From an uncultured Gemmatimonadales bacterium (lineage in GTDB: Bacteria > Gemmatimonadota > Gemmatimonadetes > Gemmatimonadales > Gemmatimonadaceae), in contig CAWKNZ010000006.1 of NCBI GenBank assembly GCA_963851265.1, positions 140,130 through 204,129 of the forward strand: DNA of 64,000 nucleotides. The letters run 5' to 3'. Numbering within the stretch: the stretch's first letter is position 1; the number at the start of each line of letters is the position of its first letter. The notes below the pieces were generated by a model. It made no database searches and was not told the origin of the DNA. It worked only from the letters and a program-made list of their open reading frames with translations. Made by a program: the position numbers and the translations under genes. This document shows, in pieces, positions 31,671-40,148 of this stretch.

Positions 31671-33532
31671 AACACGCACCCCGCGCGCGCCGGGATCGAG
31701 ACCACGACCGCGCCGGCGTCGCGCCGCGGGGCCGGGCAGATGCCTAACGCGTCGGCGGCGGAGGCGCCGAGCGCCGCGGCGGGGAGCCGCACCTGCGTCG
31801 CGGCGGTGTCGTTGTTGAGCGCCACGACCGTGCGCCCGCGGCGGTAGACGTACGCCTGGTCGCCGACGTACAGGTTCTCGGTGGCGGCGCGCGCGAGATC
31901 GGGACGCGCGGCGCGCAGTCGGAGGAGGGCCTGCACGTGCGCCCACACGGCCTGTTCGGCGGCCGACCGCCCGGACGCTTGGAAGGCGTCGTGGGCGTCG
32001 CCGGGCCACCCGCCCGGGAAGTCGCGCCGGTTGTCGGGGTCGTTGCCCCCCGCCATCCCGATCTCGTCGCCGTAGTAGAGCATCGGCGTGCCGCGCGCGG
32101 TGAAGAGGAAGGTGAACGCCAGGCGGAGTCCGTCGGTCGTGGCGCCGCGCTCGCTCATGAAGCGCCCCATGTCGTGCAGCCCCGCGAAGGTGACTAACGC
32201 ATCGGGGTTGGGGTACAGCCGGTCGTGGGCGAGCACCTGCGCCACCTCGCGCACGGAGCGGCCGCGGGCGAACGCGTCGCGCACGGCGTAGTGCAGCGGA
32301 AAGTCGAACAGCGCGTCGACGCGGTCGTCGATGCGGTCGCCGGCGCCGTCGGGCTCGGCGCGGCCGCCCTGGAAGAAGGACACGAGCACCGGGTCGCCCT
32401 CGGAGACCTCGCCGACGACGCGCAGCGCGGGGTACTGCGCCTTGATCGCGCCCATCCAATCGCGCCAGAATCGACGCGGCACGTACGGCCAGGTGTCCTG
32501 CCGGATGCCGTCCATCCCGCTCATGCCCACCCACCAGAGCGTGTTCTGGATGAGGTAGCGCGCGACGTCCGGGTCGTCCTGGTTGAGGTCCGGGAGGAGG
32601 TTGACGAACCACCCGTCGAGCGTCGCGGCGCGCACCGCCGGCGGGGAGTGCGGGTCCGTCACGGTCCACACCTGGAAGGTGTTGACGAGGTGGTTGGCCT
32701 CGGTGCCGTGGAACCACGTGGGGGTCGGCGGGTTGGTCACCCACGGGTGGTACGCGCTCGTGTGGTTCTCCACCATGTCGAGGATGATCTTGATCCCCTG
32801 CCGGTGCGCGTCGTCGACGAGCGCGCGGAAGTCGGCGAGCGTGCCGAAGTGCTCTTCCAGCCCGTAGTAGTCGACCGCGTGGTAGCCGTGGTAGGGCGTG
32901 GTCGGGTGGCCCGCGACGAGCTCCTTGCGGTCGATCTCGTTCGTGTTGTCGTACAGCGGGTTGATCCAGAGCGCCGTGACGCCTAACGACTTGAGGTAGG
33001 GCAGGCGCGCGCGGATGCCCGCGAGGTCGCCGCCGTGGTAGAAGTGCGAGTCGTTCCGGTCGAACATGCCCTTCGACGCCGCCGGGTCGTCGTTGGCCGG
33101 GTCGCCGTTCGCGAAGCGGTCGGGCATTATCAGGTAGATCACGTCGGACGGGCCGAAGCCCTGGAACCGCCCCGCCGCGGCGAGCGGCGCCGCGAGCACG
33201 AACGGCACCGGCGCCACCCCACCCGCCGTGCGGATCGCGAGCGGATACGATCCCGGGCGCGCCCCGCCCGGGATCGTCACGTCGGCGAACACGTAGGTGC
33301 CGGCCGCGTTGACCCGCACGCCGCCGCAACTCAGGCGTGGGCAGTCGAGGCGCGCGCCGGCGAGGTTCCGCCCGCGGATCAGCACGCGGACGGGGTTGAT
33401 GGTGTGGCCGGTCCACCAGTTCGGCGGGTCGACCTTCTCGACCACGGGCGCGGCGGCCTGCGCGGCTGCAGCCGCGAACGGCGTGCCGAGCGACGCGAGC
33501 AGGATGACGACTCGGCGGATCAGACGGAGCAT
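31667..33532 (-). CDS. GH13 cyclomaltodextrinase/neopullulanase-like alpha-amylase
   Basis: Signal peptide, VDPPNWW N-domain, IYLIMPDRFANGD, GGDLAG, YHGY, GIRQDT, VGEV, LHD and YYGDEIGM. Confidence 0.9.
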   Translation of the reverse strand: MLRLIRRVVILLASLGTPFAAAAAQAAAPVVEKVDPPNWWTGHTINPVRVLIRGRNLAGARLDCPRLSCGGVRVNAAGTYVFADVTIPGGARPGSYPLAIRTAGGVAPVPFVLAAPLAAAGRFQGFGPSDVIYLIMPDRFANGDPANDDPAASKGMFDRNDSHFYHGGDLAGIRARLPYLKSLGVTALWINPLYDNTNEIDRKELVAGHPTTPYHGYHAVDYYGLEEHFGTLADFRALVDDAHRQGIKIILDMVENHTSAYHPWVTNPPTPTWFHGTEANHLVNTFQVWTVTDPHSPPAVRAATLDGWFVNLLPDLNQDDPDVARYLIQNTLWWVGMSGMDGIRQDTWPYVPRRFWRDWMGAIKAQYPALRVVGEVSEGDPVLVSFFQGGRAEPDGAGDRIDDRVDALFDFPLHYAVRDAFARGRSVREVAQVLAHDRLYPNPDALVTFAGLHDMGRFMSERGATTDGLRLAFTFLFTARGTPMLYYGDEIGMAGGNDPDNRRDFPGGWPGDAHDAFQASGRSAAEQAVWAHVQALLRLRAARPDLARAATENLYVGDQAYVYRRGRTVVALNNDTAATQVRLPAAALGASAADALGICPAPRRDAGAVVVSIPARAGCVF

Positions 33533-33591
33533 GCGAGAGGGGCGCGAACGGTGAATGGCGCGAAGCTGATGCGAGACAAGATGGCGGCCGC

Positions 33592-35193
33592 TCACGGCTG
33601 CACCCCCGCCTGCAGCACGACGGCGGTCGACGCGGACACCGCGAGATCCACCGCGCCCCCCGCAGCGACGGTCACCCGCGTCCCGGCGCACCCGCCGGCC
33701 GCGGCGCGGCCGCCGGCGAGCACGTCGCAGTAGTCGCCGGGGGCGAGCGCCGAGGTGGCAACCACGTGCGCGGCCGCCGCGCCGCGGTTGATGGCGACGA
33801 ATCCCTTCGCGCCTCGCGAGAAGGCGACCGCGTTCTGCCCGTCGTCCCAGTTCCACGTGAGGTCGGTGCCGGCGACCGCGCGCCGGAAGCCCACCATCGC
33901 GCGCAGCGTCGGGTCGCGGTGTTCGCACACCCACTGGCCGACCGCGGCGGTCTCGAGCGACCCGGCGCAGGCGACGGCGTTCGTGTTGCCGGCGCCGTCC
34001 GACGGCGGCCCGGCGTCGCGCCCGGCCTGCGAGCCGCGGTCGAACGCGTAGCTCGACATCACGGACGGGTAGCCGTAGGACTGGCCTAACAGGTACACCA
34101 TGCCGAGGCGGTACGTCTGCCCGTTGCGGTAGCCGAGGCCCGGGTTCGTCGCGTCGCGCTGCGTGTCGTGATTCTCGAGGAACACCACGGCCTTGTCGCT
34201 CGGGAGGATGCCCCAGTTGGCGACGGAGAAGGTCTTGAGGTCGGCCACGCGCTGCGCGCCGGTGTTGAGGAACTTGTCGCTCACGCCGCGCACCTTGAAC
34301 TCGGTGATGTCCGACGCGCCGCCGCTCGCGTAGCCGAGGCCGAGGTAGTCGGTCGCGTGCACGGCCTCGCCGCCGTAGTCGATCACCTCGGAGAAGTAGT
34401 ACGGCAGCGGGCGCCCTTCGGCCGCGAGCGTGCGGTTCGCGAGGCTGACGACGCTGTCGAGTTCCACGGGCTGCATGTGCTTGGCCGCGTCGAGGCGGAA
34501 TCCCGCCACGCCGAGCCGCGCGAGCCCGACGAGGTAGTTGGCGAGCGTCTGCCGAACGCTCGACGCGCCGGTGTTCAGGTCGGCGAGCCCGGTCAGCTCG
34601 CAGTCCTGCACGTTCGCCGCGTCCTGGTAGTTGCTCACCGCGCACGGCGCGTGGAAGTCACCCTGCTGCCACGTCCCCGGGTAGCCGTACTTCGTGTAGA
34701 CCGTGCCGTTGCTCCCCGTGCCGGCGCCGGCGGTCATGTGGTTGAGCACCGCGTCGACGTAGATGTCGACCCCCGCCGCCTTGCAGCGGCCCACCATGCT
34801 CGCGAACTCGGCCCCGGTCCCCGAGCGGCTGCGTGCGATGCTGTAGCTGACCGGCTGGTACCGCTGCCACCACGGGAAGCCCGCGATCACGGCAGCCTCC
34901 TGCGGCGGCGAGACCTGCACGGCCTTGTAGCCGGCGGGTCCGAGCACGGCCTCGCATTCCGAGGCGACGTCGGTCCACTTCCACTCGAACAGGTGGACGA
35001 AGACGTCGCCCGCGGCGGCGTGGCCGCTCGGGCGGTAGGTGGCGCCCAACGACGGGCGCCCTACGGGCGCGACGGCCGTGGGCGGCGCGGTGGTCGCGGT
35101 GGAGCCGCCACCGCCACCACATGCCGGAAGTGCGGCGAGTATGACGCACGCGAGTGCGCCGGCGGGGTGCGTGGCACGGATCAACGACGGCAT
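33592..35193 (-). CDS. GH13 alpha-amylase, lipoprotein (actinobacterial/animal-like type)
   Basis: Lipobox LPAC, VHLFEWKW, VQVSPPQE, WWQRYQPVSY, FRLDAAKH, SEVI, NHDTQR and WVCEHR. Confidence 0.92.
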   Translation of the reverse strand: MPSLIRATHPAGALACVILAALPACGGGGGSTATTAPPTAVAPVGRPSLGATYRPSGHAAAGDVFVHLFEWKWTDVASECEAVLGPAGYKAVQVSPPQEAAVIAGFPWWQRYQPVSYSIARSRSGTGAEFASMVGRCKAAGVDIYVDAVLNHMTAGAGTGSNGTVYTKYGYPGTWQQGDFHAPCAVSNYQDAANVQDCELTGLADLNTGASSVRQTLANYLVGLARLGVAGFRLDAAKHMQPVELDSVVSLANRTLAAEGRPLPYYFSEVIDYGGEAVHATDYLGLGYASGGASDITEFKVRGVSDKFLNTGAQRVADLKTFSVANWGILPSDKAVVFLENHDTQRDATNPGLGYRNGQTYRLGMVYLLGQSYGYPSVMSSYAFDRGSQAGRDAGPPSDGAGNTNAVACAGSLETAAVGQWVCEHRDPTLRAMVGFRRAVAGTDLTWNWDDGQNAVAFSRGAKGFVAINRGAAAAHVVATSALAPGDYCDVLAGGRAAAGGCAGTRVTVAAGGAVDLAVSASTAVVLQAGVQP

Positions 35194-35251
35194 CTGCGGC
35201 GGGAACGACGGAGTGAGCGGAGGGGGCGGCGGTCGGTGTGGGCGTGCAACG

Positions 35252-35308
35252 GCGAGGGTCCTACCGTCCGGGAAAGGGCAACGTTTCCCCGGACGGTAGG
35301 ACCCTCGC
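35252..35308. repeat. Perfect 21-bp inverted repeat (strong hairpin) downstream of the starch susD
   Basis: GCGAGGGTCCTACCGTCCGGG (35252-35272) pairs with CCCGGACGGTAGGACCCTCGC (35288-35308). A second 11-bp stem lies at 35332-35363. Confidence 0.85.
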
Positions 35309-35372
35309 GGCGCTCGGGCCGAGGGGGCGTGCGTCAGGCGGGCATCGCGCCCCCCGCCTGACGTGCCCGGCG

Positions 35373-36980
35373 TCAGTACCCCGGGTTCTGCTTGAGCGTC
35401 GGGTTCGCCGAGAGCTCGTTGGCCGGGAGCGGGTAGATGTCGCGCGTGGCCGGCGTCGCGGCCCCGGCGGGCACGCCGCCCTTGAACGCCCAGACCTTCG
35501 TGGCGCCGGTGAAGCGGCCGTACCGGACGAGGTCCGTCCGGCGGTGTCCTTCCCAGAACAGCTCGCGCGCGCGCTCGTCGAGCACGAAGTCGAGCGTGAG
35601 CTGGCCGGCCGCGATCGGCGACGCACCGGCGCGCGCCCGCAACGCGTTGACGTACGAGAGCGCGGTCGCCTGGTCGCCGCCGCCGCCGCGCAGGAACAGC
35701 TCCGCGTACATCAGGTAGGCATCGCCCAGGCGGAACATCGGGTAGTCGGTGTCGGCGAAGTTCTGGTCCGCGCCCGCCAGCCCCGTCGACGTGACGTTGC
35801 GGTACTTGCGGACGAGATACCCCTGCCCGAAGTCGGTGAGGCTGTTGATCGCCAGCGACTGGCCGTTGGCGTAGAGCATGGCCCCGCGCTGGTCGGTCGT
35901 GGTGCTCGGGTTGCCGGTGCTCGTGAACAGCGTGACGAACTCGGGCTTGGCGCGCAGGCCGTACCACCCGCCGTTGATCCCGAAGTTCGACGTCGCGCTG
36001 TCGTTCAGCGTGCCGCCGATCGGCGCGTGCACGAGGAACGTCGTCCCGCCGTAGCTCTGCGTGTGCACCCCGTCCTGCGGCACGACGAAGATCAGCTCGG
36101 GCGAGGTGTTGTTGTCGGCCATGAACATGCGCCGGTAGTTCGGGTCGAGCTGGTACGCGCCCGAGCCGATGACGCGCTGCACGGCGGCCATCGCGCTCGC
36201 GTACTGCGGCGCGCCGGTGTAGACGCCGGCATTCATGTACAGCTTGGCGAGCAGCATGTCCGCCGCCGCCGGGGTGGCGCGCCCGTAGGTGGCGGCGCTC
36301 TTGGCGGGTAGCTGGTCGCGGATGGCCGTCAGCTCGCTGACGACGAACGTGTACAGGTCATTGCGCGACGTCTGCGCGGGCGGGGCGCCGCCAATCGGCG
36401 TGGCCTCGGTCACGAGCGGCACGCTCCCGAAGATGTCGAGCGCGTGCCAGTACGAGAGCGCGCGCAGGAAGCGCGCCTCGGCGCGGTACGTCTGGATCTG
36501 CGTCTTGAGGGTCGCGCTCACGTTGCGGCCGGCGAGCTGCGCGTCGGTCGTCTGCCGCAGGAACTCCGCCGCGAACGTCGCCTGCTGCTGGATGCGCGAG
36601 TACATCGTGCTGGAAAAGCCGTTGGACGACGTCCAGCCCTGCGTGTTCAGGTCCTGCAGCCCCGACCCGTCGGTCCAGGCGATGACCGCCTCGTCGGTGG
36701 GCAGCTCCTCCATCTGCCAGAGCAGCCGGAGGTACTGCGAGAACCCGGCGTCGAGTCCCTGGATGTCGCTGGTGCCCGGGCCGGTGGGTCCGCTCAGGGC
36801 GAGCACGCCGTAGAGCTTGGCGAGCGACGCCTGGTAGGCGCTGGGGTCGCTGAAGACGTTGCTGCTGCCGATGGCGCTCGGGTTGGTGACGTCGACGTTC
36901 GTGCAGCCCGCCAGGCCGCCGGCGCCGGCGAGCACGAGGCCGGCCAGGGCCGCGGCGCGATAGGACGATGTGTTAGGCAT
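35373..36980 (-). CDS. SusD/RagB family lipoprotein (starch-type)
   Basis: Lipobox LAGC, ELPTDEAVIAW, EARFLRALSYW, DTDYPMFRLGDAYLMYAE, ERARELFWEGHRRTDLVR and QNPGY terminus. Confidence 0.95.
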   Translation of the reverse strand: MPNTSSYRAAALAGLVLAGAGGLAGCTNVDVTNPSAIGSSNVFSDPSAYQASLAKLYGVLALSGPTGPGTSDIQGLDAGFSQYLRLLWQMEELPTDEAVIAWTDGSGLQDLNTQGWTSSNGFSSTMYSRIQQQATFAAEFLRQTTDAQLAGRNVSATLKTQIQTYRAEARFLRALSYWHALDIFGSVPLVTEATPIGGAPPAQTSRNDLYTFVVSELTAIRDQLPAKSAATYGRATPAAADMLLAKLYMNAGVYTGAPQYASAMAAVQRVIGSGAYQLDPNYRRMFMADNNTSPELIFVVPQDGVHTQSYGGTTFLVHAPIGGTLNDSATSNFGINGGWYGLRAKPEFVTLFTSTGNPSTTTDQRGAMLYANGQSLAINSLTDFGQGYLVRKYRNVTSTGLAGADQNFADTDYPMFRLGDAYLMYAELFLRGGGGDQATALSYVNALRARAGASPIAAGQLTLDFVLDERARELFWEGHRRTDLVRYGRFTGATKVWAFKGGVPAGAATPATRDIYPLPANELSANPTLKQNPGY

Positions 36981-36994
36981 GGGTCAGGCGAACC

Positions 36995-39900
36995 TCAGAA
37001 TCCGACGTTGAGACCGAACGTGAAAATGCGCGACAGCGGGTACGTGTTGAGGTCGAGGCCGACCCCCGTGGCGCCGCTCGACCCGTTGCCGATCGGGGGG
37101 AGCGGGTCGACGCCGCTGTACTTGGTCGCCGTGAACACGTTCTGGACGGTCGCGAACACGCGCGTGCTGCGCAGCGCCCGGTACGTCGGGAGCGTGTAGC
37201 CGAGCGTGATGTTGTCCATGCGCAGGAAGTTCGCGTTCTCGACGTAGAGATCCGAATTGTACTGCGGCGTCACGAAATTGTACTTGAGGACCGCCGAATT
37301 GAGGGCGCGCGGCGCGCCGCCCTGCTGCACCACCGAGTAGCTGCCCTGCGTGGCCGCGACCGCGTTGTACACGTAGTAGCCGAGGTACGAGCGCAGCGTG
37401 AAGCTGAAGTCCGCCCGCCCGAGACCGAAATTCGACGTGTGCCCGAGGATCCAGCGCGGCTGCGGGCTGTGGAAGGGAACCAGGTCGCTCTGGTTGATCT
37501 GCCCGTCGCCGTTCTGGTCGACGTAGTACTTGGTCGCGGTGGCCCCGCTCGTCGTCGTGTTCGGCCCGACGACGGGGTTGCCGCTCGCGTCGGTCTGGTG
37601 GCGAAACACGTAGAACGTCCCGAGGGGCAGCCCCGGCTGGATGACCTGCACGTTCTGGAAGCCGATGTTGCCCGTCGGAATCTGCGACGCGCCGCCGGCC
37701 CCGCTGATCGAGAGCACGCGGTTGCGGTTGGTGGCCGCCGAGAAGTTCGCGTCGTAGCGCAGCCGGCCGAGCGCGCCGTCGCCGCGGCCGCGCAGCACGC
37801 TCACGTTCAGCCCCGCCTCGAACCCGGCGTTGCGCAGCGACCCGATGTTCTCGAGCACGTAGTTGCTGAAGTTGGAGCCGCCGGCCACCGGCACGTTGAA
37901 CAGCAGGTCGGTCGTCTTCTTGTTGTAGTAGTCGAACGTGCCGCTCACGCGCCCCTGGAACAGCGCGTAGTCGAGGCCGACGTCGTTCGTGCGCGACTGC
38001 TCCCACTTGAGGTTCGGGTTGGCCGCCGACGGCTGGACCGTCGGGATGAAGCCGGTGCCGAACTGCACGTACGACTGCGGCACGGAGTAGCTGTACGTCG
38101 ACTGCGCCGTGTACAGGCCGCTCGGCTGGTTGCCGTTGAGGCCGAGCGAGTAGCGCAGCTTGAGGTCGGACACCCCCGGCAGGCGGTCCTTGAGGAAGCT
38201 CTCCTCCGACAGGCGCCAGCCGACGCTGAAGGCCGGGAAGGTGCCCCAGTGATTGTTGGCGCCGAACCGCGACGAGCCGTCCGCGCGCACCGAGAGGCCG
38301 AGGAGGTACTTGTCGGCGATCGTCGCGTTCGCGCGGCCGAAGAACGACGCGAGGCGGCTCTCGTCAACGCTCACGTTCGGCTGCAGGATCCGGTTCGCCG
38401 CCGGGATGCCGCCGGCGCCGAGCGCGTTCGAGCTCAGGCCGAGCGCGGTGAAGTTGGCGTAGTTGCCGCGGAACGTCTCGTACGAGTAGCCCGCGGTGAG
38501 GTCGAGGTCGGCCTTGTAGGCGTCGAGCCGGTGCACGTAGTTGCCGTACGCGTCCAGCACGAGCGTCGTCTGGTCGGGCAGATTCTGGTAGTACGAGCCC
38601 TTCAGCGTGTCGGCCGTGAAGCGCTGCGTCGGGTCGCTGGTCGGGACGAACGTCGTCTGCCGCGTGCGCGCCGCGTCGAAGCTGCCGCGCAGCGTGGCCG
38701 AGAGCCCGGTGAGGAAGGGCGCGTTGGCGCGCAGCTGCACGTTGCCGATGCCGCGGTCCGTCTGCCCCGTGTTGTTGGTCAGGGCGAGCCGCGCGAGCGG
38801 GTTGTTGGGCGCGTTCACGTTGTTGAACTCGTAGAACGTGCCGTCGGTGTTGTAGATCGGCTGCGTGGGCGCGAAGCCGTACAGGTCGCCGAGGTAGCTG
38901 CCGAGGCCGAAACTGTCGTGCGTCCGCACCGCGCGCAGCGTGGCCTGCACGTCGAAGACGTTGTGGAACAGCCGGTCCGCGTAGTTGAACTGGCCCGAGA
39001 CGCGCTTCGTGTTGTCTCCCTTGAGAACGCCGTTGTCGGTCAGATAGTTCAGCGACAGGCGGTACTGCAGGTCCTGGCGGGTGCCGCCGACGGCGAAGTT
39101 CTGCTCGGTGCCGCCGCCGGTCTGCTTCGCGGCGTCGATCCAGTTGGTGGTGGCCGTGCCGAGGAGCGACACGTTGCCGGGCGCGTACTGCTGCACGGCC
39201 GCGCGGTAGGCGGTGGCGTCGAGGTAGCTCGGCGTCCGGGCGACCTGGCGGTCGCTGTAGTTCGCGCCGTAGGTGACCTGCGGGCCGCCCTGGCTGCCGT
39301 TCTTCGTCGTGATGAGGACCACGCCGTTGGCGCCGCGCGAGCCGTAGATCGCGGTGGCCTGCGCGTCCTTCAGCACGGTGATGTTCGCGACGTCCTGCGG
39401 GTTCAGGAAGTTCAGCGGGTTGCGACCGCCGGACAGCCCGCCGCCGATCGGGAGCGGGATGCCGTCGACGACGAACAGCGGGTCGGTGACGCCGTTGACC
39501 GACGCCTGGCCGCGCACGCGCACCGAGATCCCGCCGCCCGGCGAGTTGTCGGTGAGCACCTGCACGCCCGGCACCTTGGCCTGGATCAGCTCTTCGGGGC
39601 TGTTCACGCGCCCCTTGTTGAACAGCGTGCTGTCGACCGCGGTCACGGAGCCGGTGACGTTGCGCCGGTCCTGCCCGCCGCCGCCGCTGTACGCCTGCGC
39701 GACGACCACCTCGCTCAGGCGCGCGACGAGCGCGCCCAGCGCGAAGTTGAGCGTCGTCGTCCCGCCGTTGGTCACCTGCACGGTGCGCGACTGCGCCGCG
39801 AAGCCGATGCGCGCGACGCGCACGGTCTGCGCGCCCGTGGGCACGCGCGCGAGCGTGAAGCTGCCGTCGGGACGCGTCTGCGTGCCGATCGTCGTCCCGG

Positions 39901-40054
39901 CCAGGGTCACGTTCACGCTCGGCACGCCCTGCTGCGAGACGGAGTCGACGACGCGGCCGGAGACGGTCCCGGTCTGGGCCTGCGCCACGACCGGGATCGC
40001 GGCGGTGAGGAGCGCGGCGGCGGACGCGCGGACGTGCTTCGGAACGGATCTCAT
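36995..40054 (-). CDS. SusC/RagA family TonB-dependent transporter (starch locus)
   Basis: PLFVVDGIP, LKDAQATAIYGSRGANGVVLITTK, NPNLKWEQ and C-terminal Phe. Lies upstream of susD. Confidence 0.95.
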   Translation of the reverse strand: MRSVPKHVRASAAALLTAAIPVVAQAQTGTVSGRVVDSVSQQGVPSVNVTLAGTTIGTQTRPDGSFTLARVPTGAQTVRVARIGFAAQSRTVQVTNGGTTTLNFALGALVARLSEVVVAQAYSGGGGQDRRNVTGSVTAVDSTLFNKGRVNSPEELIQAKVPGVQVLTDNSPGGGISVRVRGQASVNGVTDPLFVVDGIPLPIGGGLSGGRNPLNFLNPQDVANITVLKDAQATAIYGSRGANGVVLITTKNGSQGGPQVTYGANYSDRQVARTPSYLDATAYRAAVQQYAPGNVSLLGTATTNWIDAAKQTGGGTEQNFAVGGTRQDLQYRLSLNYLTDNGVLKGDNTKRVSGQFNYADRLFHNVFDVQATLRAVRTHDSFGLGSYLGDLYGFAPTQPIYNTDGTFYEFNNVNAPNNPLARLALTNNTGQTDRGIGNVQLRANAPFLTGLSATLRGSFDAARTRQTTFVPTSDPTQRFTADTLKGSYYQNLPDQTTLVLDAYGNYVHRLDAYKADLDLTAGYSYETFRGNYANFTALGLSSNALGAGGIPAANRILQPNVSVDESRLASFFGRANATIADKYLLGLSVRADGSSRFGANNHWGTFPAFSVGWRLSEESFLKDRLPGVSDLKLRYSLGLNGNQPSGLYTAQSTYSYSVPQSYVQFGTGFIPTVQPSAANPNLKWEQSRTNDVGLDYALFQGRVSGTFDYYNKKTTDLLFNVPVAGGSNFSNYVLENIGSLRNAGFEAGLNVSVLRGRGDGALGRLRYDANFSAATNRNRVLSISGAGGASQIPTGNIGFQNVQVIQPGLPLGTFYVFRHQTDASGNPVVGPNTTTSGATATKYYVDQNGDGQINQSDLVPFHSPQPRWILGHTSNFGLGRADFSFTLRSYLGYYVYNAVAATQGSYSVVQQGGAPRALNSAVLKYNFVTPQYNSDLYVENANFLRMDNITLGYTLPTYRALRSTRVFATVQNVFTATKYSGVDPLPPIGNGSSGATGVGLDLNTYPLSRIFTFGLNVGF

Positions 40055-40148
40055 GTCTGCTGTTGTTCGGAAGGAGCGGTAGGGGACCGGACGGCGCGAA
40101 CGTACGCCGGCGGTGGGTGCTACGGGCCGAGCGGGGCGCGAAACATCG

